A stretch of DNA of 64,000 nucleotides from Nitrosopumilaceae archaeon (GCA_965207375.1 OZ242274.1:2092696-2156695), one strand, 5' to 3'. Positions 9,609 through 19,721 are shown, counted from the stretch's first letter. Numbers and translations are program-made. The notes: generated by a model from the letters alone, not told the origin.

Positions 9609-10283
9609 ATGTCAAAAGAAGACGAGCAATATTTTTTCAATTTTTCATTCTTTAAAATCGATCCCAAATGGAGATGGATGGCAGATTTGGCAAAGAGCGA
9701 ATCTGCAAAGGAGGTAGAAAACGTCATCAAGAACTCTGGAATTAAAACAAGAACATATTCCACATTGGGATTAAGAGAGGATGCAGAATTTCTGTTTTGG
9801 TTTGCTGCAAAAACGGTTGAAGAAATACAGCAAGTAATATCAAAAGTATACCTTACAGTATTTGGAAAGTACATTGTACCATCTCAGACGTATCTTTCGT
9901 GTACAAGACCATCAATTTATGCAAAAACTGCAAAGCCCATGTCTTTTGTTGCAGGAGACGACCCAAAAAAATACGTCATAGTGTATCCGTTTATCAAAAG
10001 TAGGGAATGGTATCTGCTAACAAAGGAAAAAAGACAGGAACTAATGGATGAGCACATAAACGTGAGCCAAAAATATCCCCAAGTTGCGCTAAACACGACA
10101 TACTCGTTTGGCATCGATGACCAGGACTTTATGCTTGCATTTGAGGTAGATGATTTACGTGATTTTCAGAACCTCATCATGGAGTTGCGCGAAACACAGG
10201 TCTCAAGATTCGTAACATCAGATATTCCGATGATTCCATGTGTAAGAAAGGACATAATTTCACTCATAAACAGTTTGGGATAA
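9609..10283 (+). CDS. Chlorite dismutase/coproheme decarboxylase (ChdC/HemQ) family protein
   Basis: YSTLGLREDAEF, VYPFIKSREWYLL...RQELMDEH, YSFGIDDQDF, LRETQ. Confidence 0.85.
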   Translation: MSKEDEQYFFNFSFFKIDPKWRWMADLAKSESAKEVENVIKNSGIKTRTYSTLGLREDAEFLFWFAAKTVEEIQQVISKVYLTVFGKYIVPSQTYLSCTRPSIYAKTAKPMSFVAGDDPKKYVIVYPFIKSREWYLLTKEKRQELMDEHINVSQKYPQVALNTTYSFGIDDQDFMLAFEVDDLRDFQNLIMELRETQVSRFVTSDIPMIPCVRKDIISLINSLG

Positions 10284-10420
10284 ATCAAAAATGCACGGTA
10301 ACCTGTCAAAAAGATTTCAAGGCTGCAAATCTCGGATAAACATAAATGCCAAAATAAAAGATTGTCATCTAGTTTTGAGTAAAGAAAAATCTGCACAAAA
10401 TTTGTCAGGAGAGTCATAAA

Positions 10421-11413
10421 TTGAAATACAACACGTTGGGGAAAAGCAAAATCAAGGTCTCAGAAATAGGTTTTGGAGCATGGACTATAGCACTGAACTG
10501 GTGGGGAAAGGAAATCCAAGAAGACGAGGCAAAAAGAATGCTAAAAAAGGCATATGATTTGGGAATCAACTTTTTTGAAACAGCAGACATGTACGGGAAG
10601 GGAAAAAGTGAAAAATTAATCGGCGAGGTTTTCAAAGACATGAGAGATGAGGTGGTAATTTCAACAAAATACGGATATGACTTTGAATCAGTAGAACAAA
10701 TTGGACACAGTGAATTGCCACAATATTTTGATGAAAATTTTACAAAAAAGGCACTAGAAAATAGCTTAGAGAGATTGCAGACAGACTATGTCGACATGTA
10801 CGGACTACACAATCCCAAGATACATCACATTCGAGACGATTCAATTTTCAGTACGTTGGATTTATTAAAAAATCAAGGCAAGATCAAGACATGCCAAGCT
10901 GCCTTGGGACCTGCAATAGGATGGACTCAAGAGGGAATAGAGGCAATGAACCGGCCAAATATCAGCGCAGTACAAACAGTATACAACATTTTAGAGCAGA
11001 CTCCAGGAAATGAATTGCTTGAAAATGCAGTTAAAAACGAGGTGGGGATTCTAGTCAGAGTTCCTGACGCATCGGGAATACTGACAGGTAAAGTAAATGC
11101 AGATACAAAAATAGATGAAAAGGATCACCGTTCGGTAAGAAAGGGTCAATGGATAAAGGCATCACTAAAAAAAGTAGAGCAGCTGCGTCCCATTGCAAAA
11201 AGAAACGGACTAAACATTACAGAGTTGGCAATCAAATTCATTTTGTCAAAAAAAGGAATTTCATCTGTCTTTCCCACAGTAGTCAGTACGGAGGAAATCG
11301 AGCAGTTCTCTGCAATCTCTGATGGAAGATACATCAATGCATCAGATTTGAAAGAAATTGATGACTTGTTTAACTCATGGCCTCAATACGAGTTAAAATC
11401 AACGGTACAGTAA
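10421..11413 (+). CDS. Aldo/keto reductase
   Basis: VSEIGFGAW, FFETADMYG, ISTK, SLERLQTDYVD. Confidence 0.92.
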   Translation: MKYNTLGKSKIKVSEIGFGAWTIALNWWGKEIQEDEAKRMLKKAYDLGINFFETADMYGKGKSEKLIGEVFKDMRDEVVISTKYGYDFESVEQIGHSELPQYFDENFTKKALENSLERLQTDYVDMYGLHNPKIHHIRDDSIFSTLDLLKNQGKIKTCQAALGPAIGWTQEGIEAMNRPNISAVQTVYNILEQTPGNELLENAVKNEVGILVRVPDASGILTGKVNADTKIDEKDHRSVRKGQWIKASLKKVEQLRPIAKRNGLNITELAIKFILSKKGISSVFPTVVSTEEIEQFSAISDGRYINASDLKEIDDLFNSWPQYELKSTVQ

Positions 11414-11746
11414 ATGTACGACGTAAACCCAGAATACACCATCGACATCATAGAGCAGTTAAAGGCTGCTAAAATAGGAAACTATACAAAATGGAAAAAA
11501 TTAATTAAAAAAATCCAAAATTATGAGAAATTAAATGAGGCAGAAATCAGTTATCTGACAACGTTTACAAGAGTATACAAAAATTCCAAAATTACAGCAC
11601 GCAGCAAGATACTTCACGTAAAATTGTCCAAAGAAGATCAAAGGCCAAAATGCCAGTCGTGTGAAGAAAAATCAGATTTTTATTGCAATCAAAATGACGC
11701 ATACTTTTGTAAAACACACATAATCGGGCACGACAATAATGAGTGA
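11414..11746 (+). CDS. Small protein with C-terminal B-box-like Zn finger
   Basis: CQSC-x7-C-x7-CKTH-x3-H; starts right after the AKR stop. Confidence 0.65.
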   Translation: MYDVNPEYTIDIIEQLKAAKIGNYTKWKKLIKKIQNYEKLNEAEISYLTTFTRVYKNSKITARSKILHVKLSKEDQRPKCQSCEEKSDFYCNQNDAYFCKTHIIGHDNNE

Positions 11747-11750
11747 TGAT

Positions 11751-12773
11751 TCAAGCAGGTATAGTTTTCTCTAATGAAAAATCACGTTCTACAAAATATT
11801 CTACTCGTGTTTTTTTAAATTCGCGCGAGCTAAATAGAATTTTGTATTCATGAACTCCAATTTGCTCCTCAATTTGGGCAGAAACTGTACCTGCCTCCTT
11901 GACACTCTTACAATGAATCATCGAAAAGACGTTGTAGGGCCAGTCAGGATAGGTTGGTCTTTGATAGCAATGACTTACTTGGGGGAATGCTCCTAGTTTT
12001 TCACCCACACTTTCAATTTTGTCCTCTGGCACCTTCCAGACAATCATGCCATTTGCAGTAAAGCCTGCATCCCGGTGTCGCAATATTGCTGCAAAACGCC
12101 TAAGAACGCCAATTTCTTCATATTCTTTTAGTTTTGAAAAAATGTCATCAACACTCATTGATAGGCTTTTAGAATATTTCAAAAACGGTTCCTCAACAAT
12201 CTCAAGATCCTTTTGTAGGTGACGGATGAATTCCTTGTCTTGTTCGGTTGGAGAAAAGACCACATTTTTGATCTGTTTTTTCTCCTCAGATGGTTTTACA
12301 TCGTGCTTTTTTTCATCAACCATGTCCAATTTAACACCTATTTTGAACAATTTTATCGTTGGAAGCATTCTAGTTTTTTTGATTCCAGTCAACTTTGAGA
12401 ATTTGGCCAGTTCGGTTTTGAGTTCAGAGCCTGGGGGAACTGCCAAAGTAAACCAAAGATTGAATTGATGATCCCGCTCATAGTTGTGACTTACGCCTGG
12501 ATGTCTGTTTATTTGGCTTGCAACATGTTCTAATTTGTCTGATTCGATTTCCATAGCCACCAAGGAACTTTTGTATCCTAGTTTTCTCGTATCAAAAATG
12601 GCACTTAGCTGTCTTAAAACACCGGTTTGTTTCAGGCGCTCTAGTTTTTTCATCAAAAATTCCGGAGTTACATCAAATTTTTTGGCAATGGCATGAAATG
12701 GTTTTGGCACCAGTGGAAATGTCCACTGTATTTCGTTTAGGATTTCTTTGTCAAGCTCGTCCATAATAGTCAA
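11751..12773 (-). CDS. ahbAB: Siroheme decarboxylase, fused AhbA/AhbB (NirDL/GH-like)
   Basis: Two AsnC-like halves with GVSHNYER..FNLWFT and VSHCYQRP..WPYNVFSMIH. Confidence 0.88.
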   Translation of the reverse strand: MTIMDELDKEILNEIQWTFPLVPKPFHAIAKKFDVTPEFLMKKLERLKQTGVLRQLSAIFDTRKLGYKSSLVAMEIESDKLEHVASQINRHPGVSHNYERDHQFNLWFTLAVPPGSELKTELAKFSKLTGIKKTRMLPTIKLFKIGVKLDMVDEKKHDVKPSEEKKQIKNVVFSPTEQDKEFIRHLQKDLEIVEEPFLKYSKSLSMSVDDIFSKLKEYEEIGVLRRFAAILRHRDAGFTANGMIVWKVPEDKIESVGEKLGAFPQVSHCYQRPTYPDWPYNVFSMIHCKSVKEAGTVSAQIEEQIGVHEYKILFSSREFKKTRVEYFVERDFSLEKTIPA

Positions 12774-12991
12774 TGTACAGATTTTTTATGGTTCAATTAA
12801 AAATGTAACGTAAAATACTGCCTTTTGCAAACCTAGTCAGAAAGACTCATGGCTTTTGGTAAAACAGATGTTACTGGTGTTATAGGGATTTTTGATTTAG
12901 GCAAAATGAGCCGGAACCATCATATCAGACTGTCCAATGCCAAATTATACATATCGAATCTATAAATACAAACTCGGGCTCCCAAGGATCG

Positions 12992-13651
12992 TTGATTGTG
13001 GATCTTCACCTAAAAGGAGAGTTGGTAATTATAATAGGTGGAGGTTCTGAAGGATTAAAAAAAATCAATTCGTTGCTAACACAAAACTGTGAAATTATGT
13101 TGTTTAGTGATACTACAAATGGGCAGATTGACAAATATGTAAGGGCAAAAAAAATCCGATTCAAAAAAATGACCCTAAAGGATGCAGATTTTCTTGTAAA
13201 ATACAAGCCGTATATCGTAATGGCTACAACAAATGATAGAAAATTGAATCGCAAAATTGTCCAAAAGGCAAAAAAGATGAGATGTGTGGCATATGCATCT
13301 GATGATCCTGAGGTGAGTGATTTTGCATATCCTGCAATAATCAACATTGAAGATACCATACAGGTGGCAATATCAACCGGCGGAAAAAGTCCCGCTATGG
13401 CCAGAAAAATAAAGATAGAGGCTGAAAAAATTTTCAAAAAGGTCGTAAAAAAAGAGGATATTTTACAGATCAGACTACAGCAGATCGCACGGGAGCAGGC
13501 CAAAAAAAAGATAGACACACAGCAACAAAGAAGGCGGTTCCTTTATTCTGTGATAAACGACGAAACGGTTAAACAGTTAATAAAAAATGATGATTTCAAA
13601 AGAGCTCAAACTAGAATTAATGCAATGTTGAGGAAATGGAATGAAAAATAA
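12992..13651 (+). CDS. sirC: Precorrin-2 dehydrogenase / sirohydrochlorin ferrochelatase (SirC/Met8/CysG-N)
   Basis: IIGGG, SDDPEVSDF, AISTGGKSPAMAR. Confidence 0.88.
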   Translation: MIVDLHLKGELVIIIGGGSEGLKKINSLLTQNCEIMLFSDTTNGQIDKYVRAKKIRFKKMTLKDADFLVKYKPYIVMATTNDRKLNRKIVQKAKKMRCVAYASDDPEVSDFAYPAIINIEDTIQVAISTGGKSPAMARKIKIEAEKIFKKVVKKEDILQIRLQQIAREQAKKKIDTQQQRRRFLYSVINDETVKQLIKNDDFKRAQTRINAMLRKWNEK

Positions 13652-14894
13652 CATAATCAATGCAAGGGTGACTTTTCGTAATTCTCCAATTCATATATTA
13701 GAAAGATTTACCTTTAAAAATATCGGCGAGGCATACGAACAATTCAAAAAGCATTCGGATGCAGATGAATGCGTGATTTTGCAAACATGCAACAGAGTAG
13801 AATTATTTGTTATAGGAAACAATGATGTGTCCAAATTAAAAAAGACTTGGGCATCGTTGACGGGTCTAGAAGAAAATGCGTTTGATGAGAACTTTGAATG
13901 TGTAACAAATAGCGATGCCTACAAGCACCTGTTAAAGCTCACGTCTGGTTTGGATTCTATGGTAATTGGCGAGGAGCAGATCCTAGGACAGGTAAAAAAT
14001 TCAATCACAAATGCAAGGGACATGAGATCCTCTGGAGAGTGCCTCAATACACTGTTTGACAAAGCCATCAAAATAGGAACAAGAATCAGAAACTCGACTG
14101 AGATCAACAGAGGTGGAATTTCGGTTGGCTCAATGGCAGTCAAATTGGCAGAAGAAAATGTAGATGATCTAAAGTCAAAGATGATCTTGTTGATTGGAAC
14201 AGGGGAAATATCGACTCTAGTTGCAAAATCACTAACACGTAGGGGATATAATTTTCACGTAACTAGCAGAACCATACAGCGGGCAAATGCGTTTTGTGAG
14301 ACATTGGGCGGAGCGCCGATAAAATTTGAGGAGGTATTGACATGTTTTGAAAATTATGATGTGATTCTAGTTGCAACTACGGCACCGTATTTCCTTGTGA
14401 CATATGAAAAAATTACAAATGCAATGAAGCAAAAACAAAAAGGAATGATGATTTTAGATCTGTCAAATCCTAGAACCGTCGATGAAAAGGTGGCAACACT
14501 GTCAGGAGTAAAACTGATGAATTTGGATCAGATTGCAGAGATGGTTGATAAAAACATGAAAAAGAGAATCAACAAGGTAAAAACGGTTGAAACTATAATT
14601 AATGACGAGTTAGAGGTATTACAGGCGTCTATGAATCGATTAAATGCAGAACCATTGGTAAAGGAGGTTTTCAAAAACATTGATGCATTAAGAGAAAAAG
14701 AGCTGCAAAAGGCGCTAAAAATGCTAGGCGAAAACGATCAAGACAGGATAAAAATTATTGAAGAGCTCACAAAGGCGCTAGTTGAAAGTATTGTATCTAC
14801 CCCCATGAATAATTTAAGAAAGGCATCAGAGAAAGGAGAGTCAAACATTGTAGATATTGCAAGCAAATTGTTTGATTATGCCAAAAGGCAATAG
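13641..14894 (+). CDS. hemA: Glutamyl-tRNA reductase
   Basis: LQTCNRVE, SGLDSMVIGEEQILGQ, DLSNPR. Confidence 0.96.
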   Translation: MKNNIINARVTFRNSPIHILERFTFKNIGEAYEQFKKHSDADECVILQTCNRVELFVIGNNDVSKLKKTWASLTGLEENAFDENFECVTNSDAYKHLLKLTSGLDSMVIGEEQILGQVKNSITNARDMRSSGECLNTLFDKAIKIGTRIRNSTEINRGGISVGSMAVKLAEENVDDLKSKMILLIGTGEISTLVAKSLTRRGYNFHVTSRTIQRANAFCETLGGAPIKFEEVLTCFENYDVILVATTAPYFLVTYEKITNAMKQKQKGMMILDLSNPRTVDEKVATLSGVKLMNLDQIAEMVDKNMKKRINKVKTVETIINDELEVLQASMNRLNAEPLVKEVFKNIDALREKELQKALKMLGENDQDRIKIIEELTKALVESIVSTPMNNLRKASEKGESNIVDIASKLFDYAKRQ

Positions 14895-14931
14895 ACTAGG
14901 ATTATATTTGTAGTGAGATATTTTTCAAGTA

Positions 14932-15915
14932 TTGTCATTTCCTGCCTCCCGGCTACGCAGAATGCGAATATCTGAGAAAATGAGAGAGCTGGTTCAAGAA
15001 ACGGACCTGCAGCCTAGAGATTTTATTGCACCGATATTTGTTCAAGAGGATCTTAAAACTAGAGTGGAGATTGATTCCATGTCGGATTTGCAAAGAATTC
15101 CGCTAGATGATGTCAATGACGAGGTAGGTACAATTTCAGATTTGGGAATTTCTGCAGTCATGCTGTTTGGAATACCTGCAAACAAGGATGATGCAGGCAA
15201 CTCAGCCTTTGATGAGTCAGGCATTGTACAAAAGGCAATTGAGCAGGTTAGAAAAAACTTTGGAGATAAAATGGTAATAATGGCAGATGTGTGTCTGTGC
15301 CAATACACATCAACTGGGCATTGTGGCCTGATCAAGGACGGCAAAATAGACAACGATTCCAGCAATGACGTTTTGTCAAAAATTGCCACCAGTCAGGCAA
15401 TGGCTGGAGCAGACGTGGTTTCACCATCTGCAATGATGGACGGCCAAGTAGCACGCATAAGACGCGGACTAGATGAGGTAGGATTTACAGACGTGTCAAT
15501 AATGTCACATTCGGCAAAACATAGATCATCATTTTATTCACCATTTAGGGACGCTGCACAGTGTGCACCAAAGTTTGGAGACAGAAAAACATATCAGGTT
15601 CCATTTACAAATGCACGAGAAGCAATGAGGGAGGTGGAATTAGACGTCAACGAAGGTGTAGATATCGTAATGATAAAACCTGCATTATCTTATTTAGATT
15701 TGATTGCAGAGACTAGGAGGAGGTTTGATGTGCCAGTGTCAGCATATAGTGTATCTGGAGAGTATGCACTAGTAAAAGGGGCTGCAAGACAAGGATGGAT
15801 AAATGAGGATGAAATTACACAAGAAATTTTGCATTCTATAAAAAGAGCAGGCGCAGACATGATAGTTACCTATTTTGCAAAATCGGCTGCAAGATTACTC
15901 AATGATTCCAAATGA
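14932..15915 (+). CDS. hemB: Porphobilinogen synthase
   Basis: DVCLCQYTSTGHCG, SAMMDGQV, MIKPA, SGEYA. Confidence 0.97.
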   Translation: MSFPASRLRRMRISEKMRELVQETDLQPRDFIAPIFVQEDLKTRVEIDSMSDLQRIPLDDVNDEVGTISDLGISAVMLFGIPANKDDAGNSAFDESGIVQKAIEQVRKNFGDKMVIMADVCLCQYTSTGHCGLIKDGKIDNDSSNDVLSKIATSQAMAGADVVSPSAMMDGQVARIRRGLDEVGFTDVSIMSHSAKHRSSFYSPFRDAAQCAPKFGDRKTYQVPFTNAREAMREVELDVNEGVDIVMIKPALSYLDLIAETRRRFDVPVSAYSVSGEYALVKGAARQGWINEDEITQEILHSIKRAGADMIVTYFAKSAARLLNDSK

Positions 15916-16223
15916 GAGACGACGAGCGTTTTGAGATAGAGAGGGCATTTGACCTGCTTCCGCATGTGGCAGGTGCTAGTTGGGCCACATTATGGTTTAG
16001 ACTAAATGCGATAAAAAATCCAACAGCAAAAGAGTTTAGGGAAAAGACTGCACAGTATTTCAAAAAGCTAGATGTACTGTACGAGTCGTTTCCAGACAAT
16101 AAAGAATTTGCAGGAATCTTAAAGTTCATCAGATGGAGAAGGGACGAGGAGATCAAAAGGATCCTAAATGGACTCAATCCTGAAATAGAAAAGCGCTACA
16201 AAAGATATGTCGATTACGGATAG
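15912..16223 (+). CDS. Conserved hypothetical protein
   Basis: 4-bp overlap with hemB; plausible composition; resembles thaumarchaeal conserved hypotheticals. Confidence 0.7.
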   Translation: MRDDERFEIERAFDLLPHVAGASWATLWFRLNAIKNPTAKEFREKTAQYFKKLDVLYESFPDNKEFAGILKFIRWRRDEEIKRILNGLNPEIEKRYKRYVDYG

Positions 16224-16315
16224 GTTAAAATTTGTTTGATTTTTATATGATAATTTTACAGATTTTTAGAAAATATGGATCGATGTTTATCTTGGTATGA
16301 AATCCAACTCGGAGC

Positions 16316-16699
16316 ATGTCAGAAAAGATAGAATATGGACAAAAGTTAGACAGAATACTAGGCATTGACAAAAACATTAGATTTGCAATTGTAAGTGACA
16401 TGAATGGAAGACCCATTGTATCAAAAAGCAAGCCAGGCATCAGCCTATATTTGAGTCCAGAGGACACTCAGGAAACATTACAGCATGCAGTTTCGGCATG
16501 GAAGTCAAGAATGAAGCATTATGACAAGATAGGAAACGGGATATACACCCTAGCAGTGTATGAAAAAATACGAAGGGTAACGGTTCCGTTAAAGAGTGGA
16601 AATCTTTTGCTAGTTACCATAGACAACGAAGGCGGTCAACAGCAAATAGTTGATAAAATCCTAAACGAAGTCTTGTATCACGATTATACAAAGGCATAA
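16316..16699 (+). CDS. Roadblock/profilin-fold-like thaumarchaeal protein (DUF6659-like)
   Basis: IRFAIVSDMNG...IGNGIYTLAVYEKIRRVTVPL...LLVTID pattern. Confidence 0.65.
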   Translation: MSEKIEYGQKLDRILGIDKNIRFAIVSDMNGRPIVSKSKPGISLYLSPEDTQETLQHAVSAWKSRMKHYDKIGNGIYTLAVYEKIRRVTVPLKSGNLLLVTIDNEGGQQQIVDKILNEVLYHDYTKA

Positions 16700-16730
16700 T
16701 CATACAAGAATTTCAAATTTTTATCCTAAA

Positions 16731-17366
16731 TTAAGAGATTTCCTTGGATAGTTGATTTAGGAAATTTTTCAGAGTGTGTGTTCTTTGTTTTGCAAGTAAT
16801 TTTCCAGTTTTTGTATTCATTAATTTTTCAAGCTTTAGTAGTTTTGTATAGAAATGATCAACTGTCCATTTTTGATCATTGGGTGTATGTATTTTGCAGA
16901 ATGGATCATCTGTGTTATACAGCTGTCTCATTTCAGAGCCTGCCACTGCAAAAACTCTGGCAATTCCAATTGCACCTATTGCATCCAACCTGTCTGCATC
17001 TTGGAGTATTTTGCCTTCAATGGTTTTGGGAATTTTGTTTTTGGAAAAGCTGTGATCACGTATGGCATCAGAAATCAGGGTGATTTCGTGTACGGTATAG
17101 TCATGTTTTTTTAGGATTTTTTCTGCCTCGAGTGCACTGATATCAGAGGCGGTCTTGTTTCTTGGATCGGATTTTTTAAAAGATACCACATCATGTAACA
17201 GCACTGCTGCAAGTACCAGCTCGGGGTTTATTTTTTCCTTTTTGCACAGCAGTTGTGCATTTTTGTAAACGCGCATTATATGTGATAAATCATGTGCAGT
17301 GTCATTTTTGGTTAGTTTTTGAACTTTGATTTTTACGTGATTTAATCTAGACATTACAATCTCCAC
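16731..17366 (-). CDS. HD-domain phosphohydrolase
   Basis: AHDLSHIMRV, LLHDV, LQDADRLDAIGAIGIAR, HFYTKLL. Confidence 0.9.
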   Translation of the reverse strand: MEIVMSRLNHVKIKVQKLTKNDTAHDLSHIMRVYKNAQLLCKKEKINPELVLAAVLLHDVVSFKKSDPRNKTASDISALEAEKILKKHDYTVHEITLISDAIRDHSFSKNKIPKTIEGKILQDADRLDAIGAIGIARVFAVAGSEMRQLYNTDDPFCKIHTPNDQKWTVDHFYTKLLKLEKLMNTKTGKLLAKQRTHTLKNFLNQLSKEIS

Positions 17367-17974
17367 AGTTTTGGTCTTACAAACCTTAATTTTCTTTGGG
17401 TGATTAATATGTGCCAGTTGACTGAGGCAAATAGAATTACCACGCCAATTCCTACAGCATCTGCAACCAAAATGCCAACATAACGGTCCTCAAACAACTC
17501 TATAAAGGGAGTCAGAACGATATCACTAATTGAAATCATGACATAATAGGACAAAACTCTGCCAAACCAGAATCCGACATACAACCCGATGCTTTTTGCA
17601 CGCATCAGACCATACGCTACAAAAAGCATGTTGCTTGGAAGCGGGGTTGCTGCAAAAAGAAACGATGCCAAAACATATCCGTATCGTTTACGGTTAAGAT
17701 ATTGGCCTATTGTATTGAGATTTGATTTTTGTTCAGAGCCTACAAATTTTCTAAAAAATCCACTTAGGTGTTTTAAAATAAATCGCCCCACAGTTGCTCC
17801 CGTAGCACCCACAACAGCTAAGAGTACAGGATCCAATGTGGGATCAATTGCATAAAATGATGATAAAATTATCCACGTTGGTGGCATCAGCAATGGCGCT
17901 GCATTGACCCCGATCAATGCAAGAAATATTCCAAAATACGAATACTCTGATAATATCTCAAAAAAATCAGCCAT
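17354..17974 (-). CDS. Integral membrane protein (DedA/VTT-like)
   Basis: Several hydrophobic helices, FAATPLPS motif. Confidence 0.65.
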   Translation of the reverse strand: MADFFEILSEYSYFGIFLALIGVNAAPLLMPPTWIILSSFYAIDPTLDPVLLAVVGATGATVGRFILKHLSGFFRKFVGSEQKSNLNTIGQYLNRKRYGYVLASFLFAATPLPSNMLFVAYGLMRAKSIGLYVGFWFGRVLSYYVMISISDIVLTPFIELFEDRYVGILVADAVGIGVVILFASVNWHILITQRKLRFVRPKLWRL

Positions 17975-18151
17975 GATATTAGTGAATGTATCGTACTCTA
18001 AATGGTTACTAGTCAGATGGCCATAAAGAATTATACAAAAGGCTGTTTATTTTTGTAATTTTTTTAATTTTATTTCAAAGATGAGGAACTCTATTAGAAA
18101 AAAAGATCAATCATCCAATATATTTATATTCAAAAATAATAGTAATTAGTC

Positions 18152-18262
18152 GTGACAGATACAGCTTGGAAATGTTTTAGGTGCAATCTTTTGTTCAAAG
18201 AAGAAGAACATGCAAAAATGCACGAAGAGATATCCAATCATGCAGTAACTAAAAAAATCTAG
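18152..18262 (+). CDS. C2H2 zinc-finger microprotein (MTDTAWKCFRCNLLFKEEEHAKMHEEISNHAVTKKI)
   Basis: Hand-translated, not in ORF track; GTG start, C-x2-C-x3-F-x8-H-x5-H; TTTATA about 30 bp upstream. Confidence 0.75.
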   Translation: MTDTAWKCFRCNLLFKEEEHAKMHEEISNHAVTKKI

Positions 18263-18289
18263 TAACACGAGTAATTTTTGAATAATTAA

Positions 18290-18390
18290 TGCAGGAGGTG
18301 GGATTCGAACCCACGAACTCCTAAGAGAAGGGATTTCCCATATTGGGGATCTTGAGTCCCTCTCGGTTGACCGGGCTTCGATACCCCTGC
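18290..18390 (-). tRNA. trnL: tRNA-Leu(CAA) with 16-nt intron at 37/38 (intron 18335-18350)
   Basis: GCAGGGG/CTCCTGC acceptor stem, AGGGA/TCCCT anticodon stem with CAA, long variable arm, GGTTCGAATCCC T-loop; no encoded CCA. Confidence 0.93.
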
Positions 18391-18430
18391 AACGATAATT
18401 TCTCAAACCCCGTATTTGTGAATTGCTAAT

Positions 18431-19677
18431 CAGCTAAGCGAAATGTGGCCCCAATCCTACCATGGCGGCGGCTTGGACTGACGTATCGCCTCAAAATCCA
18501 TTTGTACTTTGAAAACTAGCATGGTCATAATACTCTGACTTGCTGTATCATCACAAAGAATAGCCCTGAGAATTATCCACTCGTTGTACAGTATCAGCGA
18601 ATAATAAAAACACAGCATTCTTGATACATTATCTTTGATTCGTGTCTTGGCCCTGCATTGTTTCATCTTGCCGTATCCTGATTCTATTCCCCACCTACTT
18701 GCATATTCTGTAACATCGACAGTATCACAGTTGGTTGCAAAGCCAATGTATTTTTCCTCGGCAACATCAGTATCCTTTGATCCCTTTCTTCTTTCTACTA
18801 TCATTGTATACGGTACAGAATGATAGTCGTTTTGTAGGGTGCACTCTGATGTTACATCACGTTTTTTACGACTAAACTCGTCTAGTGCAGATTTTACATT
18901 TGGTGTATTTCTGCAAGGTATCAAAAAGGATACGTCGTTTTGAATCAGCATTTGTATTGTATCCACTGATAAAAACTCACGATCACACAATGCCAAACGA
19001 ACTTTTACCCCCAAATCCGACAGTGTTTTGAGCAGAAAATTCACCGATTTAGGCACGGAATCTAGGCATTTTGAGATGCATTGCAGCTAGAACGACTCTC
19101 ATTGTATCATCCACACAGTGAACCGTTATGTAACGCTCAAAGTATGTCGTGCCGTTTTTGTATTTGGAACGAGTCAGCTCCTCCCCATGTGTTCTATCAT
19201 AACGGCATATGAGGTGTAGGTCCATTGCAACTGTAAGCCCCTTCTTTGGAATCTTTCCCATTTTTTTGAGAATCTTAACCTGTCTTGCTATCTGTAATTG
19301 GAAAACATCCTGTACTGATTCCTCTGATATCCCCTTGATTGCAGATGCATACCATCTGTCTGATGGCGTATTGCTCGTTTTTTTGTTTTACCGCATTTGC
19401 ACATCCTCCTACGGAGTCCATAATGGCAGCCCTCAACATTCCGGTGCTAAGATCATCAACTCCATATACCGTATTGTCACTGACTGACCAAGTAGTGCAT
19501 GCAAGCATGTTTTTGGCATCAGATGCGGCATCTTGATATAATCGTGGATTGTTTAATAGTTCACGGCTCTGTTTGGTTTTTTGTTTGGACACTGAAAATC
19601 ATCTGGAACCGCCCTATTGATCTGTTTGCATTTTTGGGGTAGATTTTGGCTTATTTTGCCCACATTTCGCTTAGCTG
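18431..19677 (-). mobile_element. ISH3-family (IS4-like) insertion sequence, decayed
   Basis: Perfect 18-bp TIR CAGCTAAGCGAAATGTGG at 18431-18448 and 19660-19677; only AAT is shared in the flanks (no 5-bp TSD). Confidence 0.9.
18457..19592 (-). pseudogene. ISH3-family transposase broken by two frameshifts
   Basis: Three fragments (19275-19592, 19049-19261, 18457-19056) with DLHLICRYD, DREF, YASRWGIESGY; homologous to the 390-aa transposases. Confidence 0.88.
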
Positions 19678-19721
19678 AATAAACTAAAAACTTTATAATT
19701 GCTCACAAATTCACCTGTATT

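Noticed and set aside
18146-18406. 86-aa ORF in the track
   Set aside because: Overlaps the tRNA-Leu gene and lies antisense to the C2H2 microprotein
19370-19390. Programmed -1 frameshift at A AAA AAC in the IS
   Set aside because: The homologous frame needs +1, a second break exists, and relatives in the window are single ORFs
18290-19677. tRNA-integrated provirus or island
   Set aside because: No duplicated tRNA 3' end and no integrase found
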